From an uncultured delta proteobacterium (GTDB lineage: Bacteria; Myxococcota_A; Polyangia; Haliangiales; Haliangiaceae): a stretch of DNA of 64,000 bases. Positions within the stretch are counted from its first letter, which is position 1, and the number at the start of each line of letters is the position of its first letter. Below the pieces are notes generated by a model. That model searched no databases. It was not told the origin of the DNA and saw only the letters and a list, made by a program, of their open reading frames with translations. The position numbers and the translations under genes are program-made. This document shows positions 24,091 to 36,751 of this stretch, in pieces. The stretch lies in assembly GCA_963743525.1 (NCBI GenBank), contig CAVUQH010000003.1:1056001-1120000 (forward strand). Reading direction: 5' to 3'.

Positions 24091-24882
24091 GCATCTCGGC
24101 GTCGCCGAGCACGTAGCGACCGGGCCCCACCCGGTAGGCCGGCGCCACGTCGGCGGGCACGACGTCGGCGCCGCGCTCGTCGATGGCGCGGACCTCCAGG
24201 GCCACCGCTCCCCCGCTGCTGTCCACGATCAACGACGCCTCGGCCGCCGTCTTGGCCAGGCGGGCGATGAGCTCCTGGGCGATCGACAGCGTCCGGACGG
24301 CATCGGCGACGGGCACCGGGTCGCTGCCCCGCCACTCGAGCTCGATGGCGGCACCGGCTTCTTCTCGGGCGGCGTCGACCTCGATCTCGACGGCCGTGCG
24401 CAACTCGTCGTCGGTGTCCTCGAGCGGTGACGGCATGCCCGGCGAGGGGCAGACGCTGACTTCCCAGGTGCGCTGGACATCGGCGAGCGCCAGCGACCAC
24501 AGCTCGGCCAGCTTGGCCTCGCCGCCGCCCGCCAACGCGCCCTCGGCAGCGGCCAGCTCCTCTTCGAGCCGGTCGCGCTCGGCCAGGGTCGACTGCTGGG
24601 CGGCTTCGGCCGCCGCCCTGGCCTCGGCTTCCTGTTGCATGCGCTTGGCGACCTCGGCGGCGTCGCGCTTGGCCCGGCTCGCCCGTTCGAGCGCGTCGTC
24701 GCGCTCCTTGGCCGTCGCCGCAGCGGATGCCTCGGCGGCGCGAGCGGCCACCTCGGCGCGCTCGTGCGCCTGCCGGGCTTCGTGGAGCTGCTCGGTCAGA
24801 GAGGCGACCTCGGCCCGGCGCGCGCCGTGGTGAACGCCAGTACGGCGGCGACCACGGCAAGGGCGATGGCGACGAACAGCAC
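24065..24882 (-). CDS. Membrane-anchored coiled-coil protein with degenerate HATPase-like C-terminus
   Basis: N-terminal TM VLFVAIALAVVAAVLAF (one indel near 24820), long A/E/R coiled coil, C-terminal alpha/beta domain; TACATT lies 7 nt before the GTG. Confidence 0.7.
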
Positions 24883-24979
24883 CGCGGCGAATGTAGTGAC
24901 CGGCTCCGACGCCGGCGGGGCACCGGGCGGAGCAACCACAAGAGCGCAGCCCGCGGACGACGTCCGAGGGTGTAGCGGC

Positions 24980-25349
24980 TCAGGCCGGGTGGCGGAACTG
25001 CATGGACCGCAGGGCCAGCCCCATCAGGAACAGGCCACCGAAGCCGTACAGCAGGTAGCGGTAGGCGGCCAGCTGGGCTCGGTAGCTGTAGATGATGCCC
25101 ACCGTGGCCACGGCGACGAAGCCGTAGAACAGGTGCATCTGGTCGGGGTCGATGTCGACCTCGGACAGGGCGGCCACGCCGAGCGCCACCTGGCACGAAG
25201 ATCGAGATCTGGACCACGGCGATGGCGATCCACAGCGCCCGCACCCGCAGCGGCTCGATCCAGTGCGCCGCCAACGCCCAGACGCCGGCGGCGGCGTTGC
25301 CGACGATGACGAACCAGGCGAAGTCGGCGTGGAGGTCGCGCCAGAGCAC
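24980..25349 (-). CDS. Hypothetical 4-TM membrane protein
   Basis: LHADFAWFVIVGNAAAGVW...MHLFYGFVAVATVGIIYSYR...LLYGFGGLFLMGLALRS; one frameshift. Confidence 0.75.
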
Positions 25350-25359
25350 GGCGCGGTGA

Positions 25360-25699
25360 TCAGTCGCCGGTGCCGGACGAGCCGCCCGCCACCTCGTAGC
25401 TCCACAGCTCGGACGCTCACCGAGACCGGGGCCCCGGAGTCGGTCGGCTTGTCGGCACCGCGGTGGCCGTGGGCGAAGCCGGGCGAGCTCACCCAGGCGT
25501 CGAAGGACTCCTGGTCGGCCCAGCGGGTGACGACGAGCCACGTGTTGCGGTCGTCGGTCGGCTTGAGCAGCTCGAAGCCCTCGAAGCCGGGCTGGTCGTC
25601 GACCGCGCCGGCACGAGCGGCGAAGCGCTTGGCGAGCTCGTCGCCGGAGCCCTCGGGAACGGTGATGGCGTTGATCTTGATGACGGTCACGGTGGCCAT
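25360..25699 (-). CDS. ABM-family monooxygenase, MhuD/IsdG-like heme-degrading
   Basis: VIKINAITVPEGSGDELAKRFAARAGAVDDQPGFEGFELLKP...VVTRW...FDAWV...AHGH resembles mycobacterial MhuD including the Asn/Trp/His positions. Confidence 0.8.
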
Positions 25700-25719
25700 C
25701 CTGTCTGTTGCCGGGTGGC

Positions 25720-26563
25720 TCAGGCCAGACGCCCCGGATCGTGTGCGGCGGCCGGCCCGAGCAGCCAGTCGTCGGCGTCGTTCACCGGTACGCCATGGGT
25801 GCGGATGAACCACTCCTGCCCGAACGCGCGGGCGAAGGCCTCGTCGGGCAGCGACAGGAAGAAGCTGTCGTCGGGGATCTGCGAGGCGTGGGCCGCCATC
25901 GACGCCCGCTTGGCCACCAGCCACGGGCCCACATCGACGGTGGTGGTGATGATCGACTCGGGCGACCCGAAATCGGGGTCCTCGGTGACGTCGGGCGTGT
26001 CGGGATCGCCACCGGGGACGTCGACGTCGCCGGCGGCCACCGCTTCCTCCATCACCCGCCGGATGTGGTCGCGGTTCATGGTGGCCTCGAAGACCGCCGG
26101 CGTGCCGGCCAGCTCGGCCGCCCGGTGACCCACCCGGTGGACCTGGATGTGGTCGGGGTGGCCGTAGCCGCCGTGGTCGTCGTAGACGGTGAGCACGTCG
26201 GCGGCCTCCTCGCGTCGAGGATCGCCGCCAGCGCCGGGCCGCGGCCTCGTCGACGTCGGCCTGCCAGAAGCAGGCGGGGTCGTCGTTGGTGGCCTCGCCC
26301 ATCATCCCGCGAGTCGCGGTAGCCGAGGAACTCGACCCGCTGGACGCCGAGCACCTCGGCCGACGCCGCCGTCTCCTGCTCTCGCCGCTGCGGCGAGCGC
26401 CTCGCCCTGGTCGAGGAACCCGTCGTCCACCTCGCCGCGCTCGCCCCGGGTGGCGAACACCAGCACGACCCGGTGGCCCTCGGCGGCCGCGCTGGGCCAG
26501 CGTGCCGCCCGTCGCGATCGACTCGTCGTCGGGGTGGGCGTGGAAGGAGACGAGGGTCGCCAT
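25720..26563 (-). CDS. PIG-L family deacetylase (MshB/Mca-like)
   Basis: FHAHPDDES, LGYRDS, YDDHGGYGHPDHIQVH, MAAHASQI. Confidence 0.9.
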
Positions 26564-26589
26564 GCGCCCGGAGGCGTACCGGCGAGCGC

Positions 26590-27746
<1,157 letters not shown>

Positions 27747-27785
27747 GGGGTGGTGTGATCCTTCCGTGGTGTGTCGGTGCGGTGG

Positions 27786-28696
27786 TCAGGCGGCGCTGGC
27801 GTCGCGGCGCGGTCGGTGGCTCGGCGATGGCGTCGATGATCCGCGGCCAGAGCGGCCGGGGCAGGTCGTGGCCCATGCCCTCGATCTCGAGGAGCGTCGG
27901 CGCCCGGCACGGCCTCGGCCGTGCGGCGCCCGCCGCCGGGCGTCACGAGCGTGTCGGCGTCGCCGTGGATGACGGTGAAGGGCACGGTCGACCGGCCGCA
28001 GCGCTTCGGTCCGGCTGCCGCGAGGCCGACGATGGCCACGAACTGGCGCGCCACGCCGGCCGGGTTGGAACCCGGTTCCACTCGCGCCGGCCCGCGGCCG
28101 CGGCCGCATCCGGGTCTCGGTAGGCGGGGCTGCCCCACGATGGCCTCGGCTGCCGTCGCGGCCTCGACGGCTTCGGCCTCGGTCGGTGGCCGGCGGCGGC
28201 AGCAGCGCGGCCGCATGGCCTCGGGCGTGGGCTGGCCGACGTCCGGGTCGCCGGTGGTCGACATGATCGACGTGACCGACCGGACGCGCGCCGGGCTGCT
28301 CGATGGCCATGGTCTGCACGATCATGCCGCCCATCGAGGCGCCGACGACGTGGGCCGGCGTCGATGCCCGAGCGCGTCGAGCAGGCCGGCGGCGTCGGCG
28401 GCCATGTCGGACGAGCGTGTAGGGCGCATCGACCGGCTCGCCCGGCAGCGGCTGCCGCCATCAGCCGCCATCGACGTCGACGGTCGGCGTCGATGTGGGT
28501 GGACCGACCGACGTCGCGGTTGTCGAAGCGCACGACGCGGTAGCCCGCGGTCGACGAGCGCGTCGAAGAACCCCACGTCCCAGCTGATCATCTGGGCGCC
28601 GAGGCCCATGACCAGCAGCAGCGGCTCGCCGTCGTCGGGACCGCGCACCTCGGCGCAGATGTCGATGCCGTTCACGTGATGGATGGTCTCCCCCAT
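27786..28696 (-). CDS. Alpha/beta hydrolase (LipG-like; frameshifted)
   Basis: [41 protein letters not shown]. Confidence 0.9.
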
Positions 28697-28792
28697 GCAC
28701 CGATGCTTGCCCGGTGGGCTTCGCCCCCGTGCACCCTCGAAAAGCCGCGCGACACGCGCTCGAGCACCCCGCACGGCGGTTACGTTCCGGGC

Positions 28793-29803
28793 ATGGTGGA
28801 CCCTGCCCTCGTGCGTGCCTTCGCCCCCGGCCGGGTGAACCTGATCGGCGACCACACCGACTACACGGGCGGGCTGGTGCCTGCCCATGGCGGTCACGAT
28901 GGGGACCACGGTCACGGGCCGGCGCGGTCGGCGACCGGATCCGCCTGCACTCCCGGGGCCACGACGGGTCGGCCGACCTCGCCCTGCCGGTGACGACCCG
29001 GCGGCGGTCCGCCCGCCGTGGGCTCGCTACGTGGCCGGCGTGGTCGCGGAGATCGACCCGGCCGGCGGCTTCGACGGGACCGTCACCAGCGATCTCCCCG
29101 TCGGGCGCCGGGCTCTCGTCGTCGGCCGCCCTCGAGGTGGCGGTGGCGCTCGCGCTCGGGTTCGAGGGCTCCGACCTGGAGCTCGCCCGTCGGTGCCAGG
29201 CGGCCGAGCAGCGGGCCTCGGGCGTGCCGTGCGGCATCCTCGACCAACTCTCCTCCGTCGGCGGCGTGGAGGGGCACGCCCTCGTCATGGACTGCACCAC
29301 GCTGAGCCTCGACCCGGTGCCCGTGCCCGACGATCTCGAGGTGGTCGTCGTCCACTCCGGACAGGACCGGGCGCTGGCCGACAGCGCCTACGCCGACCCG
29401 CCGGGCCGAGTGCGAGGCCGCCCAGGACGTCGTCGGCCCGCTCCGCGACGCCACGGTCGACGATCTCGGCGCCCTCGACGACCTGGTGCTGCGACGTCGG
29501 GCCCGCCACGTGATCACCGAGAACCAGCGGGTCGGCTCGGCGGCCGAGGCACTGCGCGCCGGCGACCGGGTCGGACTGGGCGAGCTGTTCGTGGAGAGCC
29601 ACCGGTCGCTGCGCGACGACTTCGAGTGCTCCACCCCCGTGGTCGACGCACTGGTCGAGCGGCTCGCCACCACGCCCGGGGTCTTCGGTGCCCGCATGAC
29701 CGGTGGTGGCTGGGGCGGCTGTGTGGTGGCCGTGGCCGAGCCCGGCGCGCTCGACGAGGGCTGGCGGGTGCGCCCGGGCGCCGGCGCCCGGCTGCTCACC
29801 TGA
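28793..29803 (+). CDS. galK: Galactokinase (frameshifted)
   Basis: APGRVNLIGDHTDY, GAGLSSSAALE, CGILDQ, SHRSLRDDFECS, GARMTGGGWGG. Confidence 0.93.
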
Positions 29804-29865
29804 TTCCGGGGTGCAGCGCCCGCGCCAGGTGCGGTCCGGCGCGGCCCGGAGCGAGAACGGAGCGG

Positions 29866-30494
29866 TCAGCTGCCGAGGAGCCGGGACTTCTGGGCGGCGA
29901 ACTCGGCCTCGCTGAGCACGCCGTCGCGGCGCAACCGGTCGAGCTTCTCCAGCTCGTCGGCCACCGAGACGGCCGGCGCCGGGGTCGAGGGCTGGCGGCC
30001 GATCCGGTCGAACTTGCGGTTCTCGTTGGCCTCGATCTGGCGGTAGATCTCGTTCTGCACGGCCGACGGCTTGCGGACGTCGGAGAACGCCTGGCGCCCG
30101 CTCTCGCCCGCCGACTCGATCACCAGGTCGCCGGCGCCGAGGATGCGCTCGCAGAGCGACTGGCGAGAAGAGGACGTTGTTGACCCGGTCGAGGGGGATC
30201 TCGATGCCGTGCTTGGTGACCACACCGCTGCGGTAGATCAGCCGGTCGGTGGTGACCACGAAGTTGATGTTCGACCAGGCCAGGTAGCGCATCCCCCACC
30301 ACACGAGCGCGGCCAGGATGAGCACGCCGGCCAGGATCTGCACGATCCCGTTGTCGATGCTGGCCAGCACCACGGCACCCACGACGATGGCGGCGACCAG
30401 CGCCCCGGTCTGCTTGGCCAGGAACCACCAGTGCGGGTGCAGGTCGAGGACGATGTCCTCGCTCGTCGTTCAGCAGCTTCCGCGGGAAGGCCAC
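29866..30494 (-). CDS. bPH_2 (YdbS-like) membrane protein with C-terminal SHOCT domain
   Basis: LHPHWW, two TMs, FVVTTDRLIYRSGV, RILGAGDLVIESAG, SHOCT-like DELEKLDRLRRDGVLSEAEFAAQKSRLL. Confidence 0.85.
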
Positions 30495-30534
30495 GCCTCG
30501 ATCGTAATCCCGGCCCCGACCCGACGGGGGCGGA

Positions 30535-30886
30535 TCAGGCCCAGCCCAGCTCGTGCAACCGGTCGTCGTCGATGCCGAAGTGGTGGGCCAGCTCGTGGAC
30601 GACGGTGATGCGCACCTGCTCGACCACCTCGTCCTCGGTGTCGCAGATGGCGCAGATCGGGCAACCGGAAGATGGTGACCTGGTCGGGCATCACCGGTCC
30701 GCCGGCGCCGTAGTCGCCGCGGGCCGTGAGGGGCACACCCTCGTACAGGCCGAGCAGGCCGCCGGTGGGTCGACCCGTCCGGACACGGATCATCACGTTG
30801 TCGAGTCCGGCGGCGAGCGGCTCGGGCAGCTCGTCGAGCGCGGCGGCGACCAGCGCCTCGAAGCGCTCGAGGTCGATCTCCACCAT
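30535..30886 (-). CDS. Minimal zincin metallopeptidase (DUF1025/Zincin_1)
   Basis: LLGLYEGVPLT, MPDQVTIFR, ITVVHELAHHFGIDDDRLHELGW (HExxH). Confidence 0.9.
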
Positions 30887-30940
30887 GGCCCGACACTACG
30901 TCCCGTCCGGACCCGCCGAGGCCCTCTACCCTCGCGGCCG

Positions 30941-32879
30941 ATGGATCCCGACGCGGCGCTGTCCGGACTCGACGACGACCAGCGTCGCGCCGTGCCGTCC
31001 GATGCCACCCCGTTGGCCGTCATCGCGCCGGCGGGTTCGGGCAAGACCAGGGTGCTCACCGCCCGCGTCGCCCACCGGATCGCCACCGGCGAGATCGAGC
31101 CCGCCCACGTCCTGTGCGTGACCTTCACCCGCAAGGCCGCCGACGAGCTGCGCTCGCGCCTGCACCGCCTGGGCATCCGTGACCGCATCGAGGCCGGCAC
31201 CTTCCACGCCGTCGCCTGGCAGCAGCTCGCGCGACCGCTGGGCGGCACAGGGTCGGCCCGCGCCGCACCTGCTCGATCGGGTGCGTCCGTTCCTGCGCGA
31301 CCAGCTCGAGGTCACCGCGCCGGCCGAGCTCACCGAGCTGTCGGCCGAGCTCGTCCTGGGCACGGGCGCGCCGCATCCGACCCGACGACTACGAGGCGTC
31401 AGCCGCGCGCCGCCGGACGTCGCACGCGCAAGCCCGCGGCCTGGGTCGCCGACCGCTACCGCGGCCTACGAGCTGGCCAAGTCACGGCGCCACGTCGTCG
31501 ACTTCGACGACCTGCTCGCCGCGTGTACGGCCGCCATCGAGGGTGACGCAGGGTTCGCCGCCGCCCAGCGCTGGCGGTTCCGGCACCTCTTCGTCGACGA
31601 GTTCCAGGACGTCAACCCGCTCCAGTTCCAGCTGCTCGAGGCGTGGCGCGGCGATCGTTGGGATGTGTTCGTGGTGGGCGACACCCATCAGTCGATCTAC
31701 GGCTGGAACGGTGCCGAACCCCGCCTGCTCGACGAGCTGAGCGATCGCTGGCCGGCGCTGGAGACGATCCACCTCAACCGGACGCACCGTTCTTCGCCCC
31801 AGGTCACGGCGGCGGCGGCATCGGTCATCCGCGCGGCGGGGCTCCCCGACCGGCACCCCGAGTCCAGCGGCCCGCCGGGCCCGCCGGCGCTGCTGTTCGC
31901 CCACGCCGACGAGGTCGCCGAGGTCGACGCCATCGCCCGGGCCATCCGACGCCGGCGCGGACCCGATCGCACCTGGCGCGACTTCGCCGTGCTCGTCCGC
32001 ACGCACCAGCAGGTGGTCGACCTCGACCGCGGTCTCTCCATGCACGGGATCCCGACGTCGGTCAGGCGCCAGGCCGCCCTCCTCGACGCCCCCGGCGTGC
32101 GCCAGGTGCTCCGCCACCTGCGCGACGACGACCGGCCCCTGGTCACCGCCCTGGCGGCGGCGCTCGGCGGCGACGAGGTCGACGACCCGGCGGTCGCCGC
32201 GCTGACCGAGGCCGCCGACCAGCAGCGCATCGTCGATCACCGCATCACCGGGCGCAGCTTCGTGGGGTGGGCCTACGCCAACCTCGCCGACGACGAACAC
32301 GATCCCGACGCCGTCACCATCTCCACCATCCACTCGGCCAAGGGCCTCGAGTGGCCCGTCGTGCATGTCGCCGGGTGCGAGGACGGCTCGATCCCGATCG
32401 CCTCGGCACGACGCCGTTCGGCCCGCGACGAGGAGGCCCGGCTGTTCTACGTGGCCATCACCCGCGCCTCGGCCGAGGTCGTCCTGCACTGGGCCCGGAG
32501 CCGGTCGGGGCGCAACGGCCCCCGGTCCCGCCAGCGCAGCCCGTTCCTCGAGGGGTTCGAGGACGCCGTCGCCGCGTCCGCTCCCGCGGCCGGCACCGAC
32601 GCCCCCGATGTCCTGCGCTCGCTCCGGGCGTCGCTCCGACCGGCGCCGACACCCGACCCGCTGTTGGCCGCCCTTCGCGCGTGGCGCACCGGACGGGCGC
32701 GCGCCGCCCGGACGGTCCCCGACGCCGTGGTGCCCGACGAGCTCCTCCTGGCCATCGCCGACGTCCGGCCCCGCACCCCCGAGGAGCTGGCCGCGCTCCC
32801 CGGACTCGGTCCGGCGCGGCGCAGCCGGTACGGCGACGAGCTCCTCGCGGTGGTCGAACGGGTGGCAGGGGCGTCGTGA
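30941..32879 (+). CDS. uvrD2: UvrD2-like helicase with C-terminal HRDC domain
   Basis: APAGSGKT, TFTRKAA, VDEFQD, VGDTHQSIY, STIHSAKGLEW, RLFYVAITRA, HRDC ALRAWR...PRTPEELAALPGLG. Confidence 0.9.
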
Positions 32880-33391
32880 AGTTCGCCGCCGAGCAGCGCT
32901 TCTCGTTCCCACCCGACGTGACCGCGCAGGCATTCGTCGACCCCGATCTGTACCAGCGCTTCGCCGAGCTGCCCAAGCTGTCGGTGCCCGAGGTCCTGTC
33001 CCGTGACGCACGGCCCGGGGCCGGCGGCAGCGACATCGTCACCATGCGCATCCGGTATCGCTTCGCCGGGCACCTGTCGCGGGCGGCACGGACCGTCATC
33101 GATCCCGCCAAACTCAGCTGGGTCGACGAGTCCGTCCACGACCTGGCCCGCCGGCACGTGCGGTTCGTGCTCCACCCCGACCACTACGCCGATCGGTTCC
33201 AGTGCCACGGCGAGTACCGCATCGAGGAGGTGGCCGGCGGGTGCCGGCGGGTGGCCAGCATCGACGTCCGCGTGTCGGCGCCGCTGGTGGCGCGGGCGGT
33301 CGAACAGGCCATCGCGTCGGGCCTGCGCGAGCACCTGGCCGACGAGACCACGGTCATCGAGCGCTTCCTGCGCGAGCGCTCGGCGCTGTAG
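32876..33391 (+). CDS. DUF2505/SRPBCC-like protein
   Basis: GTGA overlap with uvrD2; VKFAAEQRF...KLSWVDES...VSAPLVARAVEQAI. Confidence 0.7.
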   Translation: MKFAAEQRFSFPPDVTAQAFVDPDLYQRFAELPKLSVPEVLSRDARPGAGGSDIVTMRIRYRFAGHLSRAARTVIDPAKLSWVDESVHDLARRHVRFVLHPDHYADRFQCHGEYRIEEVAGGCRRVASIDVRVSAPLVARAVEQAIASGLREHLADETTVIERFLRERSAL

Positions 33392-33405
33392 CGGAGACGG
33401 TGCCC

Positions 33406-34197
33406 GTGCGCCTGGCCACCTGGAACGTCAACTCGCTGAAGGCGCGCCTCGAGCGGGTCGAAGCGTGGCTCGACGAGGTCCAGCCCGACGTCCTGTGCGT
33501 GCAGGAGACCAAGCTGGCCGACGATGCCTTCCCCGCGCTGACCCTTGCCGGCCTGGGCTACGACGGGGTGCACCACGGTCAGGGCCGGTGGAACGGGGTG
33601 GCCATCCTGTCGCGGGTCGGCATCGACGAGGTCGTCCACGGCTTCGCCGACGGCGGCCCGACCGATCCCGAGGCCCGGCTCGTCACCGCCCGGTGTGGCG
33701 GCGTGGTGGTGATGAGCGCGTACGCGCCGAACGGTCGTGAGGTCGGCCACGAGCAGTACGACTACAAGCTCGCCTGGTTCGACCGGCTCGTCGACCATCT
33801 CGACGCCGTGACCACGGCCGACGACGACGTCGTGCTCTGCGGCGACCTGAACATCGCTCCCGCGGACCGCGACGTGTGGGACGCCCGGGCCGTGCACGGC
33901 GCCACCCACGTCAGCGAGCCCGAACGCGACCGCTTCCAGGCCCTGCTGGCGTGGGGGCTCGAGGACGTGTTCCGGCGCGCCTACCCCGACGACGACCAGC
34001 TGTACACCTGGTGGGACTACCGGGCCGGCAACTTCCACAAGCACAAGGGCATGCGCATCGACCACGTGCTGGCCAGCGCACCGCTGGCGGCGCGCCTGTC
34101 GTGGAGCCTGGTGGACCGCAACGCCCGCAAGGGCAAGGGTCCATCCGACCACGCGCCGCTGCTGGCCGAGTTCGACGACCGCCCGGCGAGTGGCTAG
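33406..34197 (+). CDS. xth: Exodeoxyribonuclease III (AP endonuclease)
   Basis: LATWNVNS, QETK, NGVAI, GDLNIAP, YTWWDYR, RIDH, PSDHAP. Confidence 0.95.
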   Translation: MRLATWNVNSLKARLERVEAWLDEVQPDVLCVQETKLADDAFPALTLAGLGYDGVHHGQGRWNGVAILSRVGIDEVVHGFADGGPTDPEARLVTARCGGVVVMSAYAPNGREVGHEQYDYKLAWFDRLVDHLDAVTTADDDVVLCGDLNIAPADRDVWDARAVHGATHVSEPERDRFQALLAWGLEDVFRRAYPDDDQLYTWWDYRAGNFHKHKGMRIDHVLASAPLAARLSWSLVDRNARKGKGPSDHAPLLAEFDDRPASG

Positions 34198-34241
34198 ACC
34201 GTCGACACAGGCCGCACGACGATCCGGACCCGCACCCGCCC

Positions 34242-34959
34242 ATGACCACCTCGGACGAGCACGAACCGCCCAGCACCGACCGCCGCCTCGCGGCGCTCTC
34301 CGCACAGGAGGAGTCGATCTCGCCCGAGCGTGCCGGCCTGCGACGCGTCGCCGACGCCGTGCGACGGGTGATCCACGCCATGCACGGTGTCGACGCCGAC
34401 CTCACCGTGTTCGAGGACGCCGCCGGCGCGGTCGAGGCCGCCGCTCAGCGCCTCGAGGGCTACGAGACCCGCTCGGTCCACGGCTTCGGCGAGGCGGCCA
34501 ACAGCGGCGATCCGTACGGCTTCTTCGAGTTCAGCCCGGTGCTCGGCCGGGGCAACCCGCTGGCCGCGCCGCTGGTCCTGCAACAGACCGACGGCCAGTA
34601 CATCGAGGCCACGGCCCGGTTCGGGGCGGCCTACGAAGGTCCTCCCGGATGCGTGCACGGCGGTTACGTGGCCGCCGCCTTCGACGACGTGCTCGGGCTG
34701 GCGCAGTCGCTGTCGGGCCAGCACGGCATGACCGCCAACCTCACCATCGACTACCGCTCGCCCACGCCGCTCCACGAGGAGCTGCGCTTCCGGGGCCACT
34801 TCGAGCGGGCCGAGGGACGCAAGATCTTCACCACCGGGACCCTGCACGCCGGCAACCGCCTGTGCGCCGAGGCGCGTGGGCTGTTCGTGTCGGTCGACTT
34901 CGACCGCTTCGCCACGCTCCGGGCCGAGCGAGAGCGGCGGCGCGCCGAGCGCGAACTGA
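34242..34959 (+). CDS. PaaI/hotdog-fold thioesterase
   Basis: SPVLGRGNPLAAP, YEGPPGCVHGGYVAAAFDDVLG, TANLTIDYRSPTP; stop inferred because of a likely terminal indel. Confidence 0.88.
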
Positions 34960-36558
34960 TCAGCCGGCGTCGCCGTCGGAACCCGACCGCTTGCGCGGCG
35001 TGGACTTCCGGGTGGTGCGCTTCTTGGCCGCCTTCTTGGTGGCCGGCGTCTTCTTGGGGGCGGCCTTCTTGCGAGCGGTCGACGTCTTGGCCGTGGCCTT
35101 CCGGGCTGTCGACTTCCGGGCCGTGCTCTTCTTCGTCGCCGCCTTCTTGGTGGTCGACGACGTGCGGGTCGCCGTCTTCCTGGCCGCGGCCCTCTTGCGC
35201 GTCGATGTCTTGCGCGTCGAGGTCTTCTTGGCCGCGGTCTTCTTGGCCGCGGTCTTCTTCGCTGCCGTTGTCTTGCGCGTGGCGGTCTTCTTCGGGGCGG
35301 CCGCCTTCTTGGTGGCCGCCTTCTTGCGCGTGGAGGTCTTGCGGGCAGGCGCCTTCTTGCGGGTGGACGCCTTGCGCGTCGACGTCTTCTTGGCGGCCGC
35401 CTTCTTCGCCGGAGCGGCCTCGGCCTCCTCGGCGGCTGCGGCCTCGGCCTGCTGACGGGCCCGCAGCTTGCGCCGCTGGGAGACGCTGAGCTTCTTCTCG
35501 TCGACCGGCTCGGCCTCGGCGGCGGGCTCGGGCTCGGGCTCGGGTTCGGCGGCAGGTTCGGGCTCGCGCTCGGGTGCCCGCCGGCGCGTCCGACCCTTCG
35601 TGGCCGCCGGCTCGGGCTCGGGCGTCTCCTCGGTCTCGTCGGGAAGGTCCTCGGTGTCGATGGACTCCATGCCGGGCATCGCCAGATCGATGCCCCGCCG
35701 GGGCGTGTCGACCGCCTGGACGACGAAGTCGCGCGTTTCGCCGATGGTGAGTACCTCGCGGGCACTGCGCGGCGGCGGATCGGAGATCGACTTCAGCGAG
35801 ATGTAGCAGCGCGTGCCGTCGCACACGACGTAGGCGCCGTGGCTCGAGAACTGCTCGACCTCGGCCTGGATCACCGAGCCGACCGGATGGGCCCCGACGA
35901 ACTCGATGAAGGGCAGCGGCTCGTTGTAGGGCTCGGGCTCCTTGCCGCCCCGCTTGCGACCGGTGTCCTTCTTGTCGTTGTCGGAGGACGAAGCGGACGA
36001 CTTCTTCGACGACGACTTCTTCGACGAGCGCGACGACGACTTCGAGGACGGTCGCTTGGAGCTCGGCTTGGCCTTGGCCGTCTTCTTCGAGCCCCGGCGC
36101 TTGCGCTTGGCGTCGGACACGGCACGCCGCGAGGTCGGCCCACGGACCGGTGAGCGAGCCAGGAAGATCCAGCCCACGCCGGGGACGTGCTTACCACCGA
36201 CGAGGCGACCCTCTTCGAAGAGCCAGTCGTAGGTGCCGTGGAACTCCTGGAAGGAGTCGTTCGAGAGCACCACTGCATCGGCTCGGTCGGCAACCTCGAG
36301 GATGAACGCGTCGCCGCGGCCGATGACCCCCGCGGGTGGGGTGATGATCTCACCGTTGTTGATCTTGTCCTCGTACGCCTGCCGTTCGGAGGCGTCGATC
36401 CGGTGGCCGAACGTGGCGTCGACGATCACCGTGACGTTGTCGTAGGAGAACTCCTTGGACACCGCCTCGACGGCATCGAGGAGCTGTTCGAGGCTGGGCA
36501 GCGAACGGCCTTCGGTGGCGATGTTCGAGCCGTCGACGACCAGATGGGACTCACCCAT
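34960..36558 (-). CDS. Zc3h12a-like NYN/PIN ribonuclease + S1 RNA-binding domain + Lys/Ala/Thr-rich H1-like tail
   Basis: [29 protein letters not shown] (PIN acidic residues); S1-like [21 protein letters not shown]...[13 protein letters not shown]; tail of [11 protein letters not shown] repeats; uninterrupted ORF. Confidence 0.85.
   Translation of the reverse strand: MGESHLVVDGSNIATEGRSLPSLEQLLDAVEAVSKEFSYDNVTVIVDATFGHRIDASERQAYEDKINNGEIITPPAGVIGRGDAFILEVADRADAVVLSNDSFQEFHGTYDWLFEEGRLVGGKHVPGVGWIFLARSPVRGPTSRRAVSDAKRKRRGSKKTAKAKPSSKRPSSKSSSRSSKKSSSKKSSASSSDNDKKDTGRKRGGKEPEPYNEPLPFIEFVGAHPVGSVIQAEVEQFSSHGAYVVCDGTRCYISLKSISDPPPRSAREVLTIGETRDFVVQAVDTPRRGIDLAMPGMESIDTEDLPDETEETPEPEPAATKGRTRRRAPEREPEPAAEPEPEPEPAAEAEPVDEKKLSVSQRRKLRARQQAEAAAAEEAEAAPAKKAAAKKTSTRKASTRKKAPARKTSTRKKAATKKAAAPKKTATRKTTAAKKTAAKKTAAKKTSTRKTSTRKRAAARKTATRTSSTTKKAATKKSTARKSTARKATAKTSTARKKAAPKKTPATKKAAKKRTTRKSTPRKRSGSDGDAG
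34985..35410 (-). repeat. Coding low-complexity repeat (AKK/STRK units)
   Basis: Repeated gccttcttg/gtcttcttg/ttgcgcgtcga units encoding [16 protein letters not shown] motifs; also (ggctcg)n Pro-Glu repeats near 35507-35570. Confidence 0.85.
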
Positions 36559-36751
36559 GGGTGTCGGCGATGGTTGGGCGCTGGCTACCGGCGCGGGGGA
36601 CGGCGAACGGTGGATGCACGTGTGGTTGGCTCTTCTGTGTCGGGTCCGGTCTCCGTAGGGAGCACCGGCGGCGCGGACCCGTGGGTCCCGCCTCGACGCC
36701 GACCCTAGCGGCAGTACGGGGCGCAACCGGTGGACGTGGTAGGACGGCGCC

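Noticed and set aside
33876..35489. Thioesterase with a long C-terminal extension, and antisense hydrophobic 'membrane' ORF 34190-35455
   Set aside because: Shadow of the Lys-rich tail on the opposite strand; the thioesterase most likely ends near 34959.
34985..35620. CRISPR or non-coding tandem array
   Set aside because: Repeats are codon-phased, degenerate and lie within a CDS; no repeat-spacer structure or cas genes.
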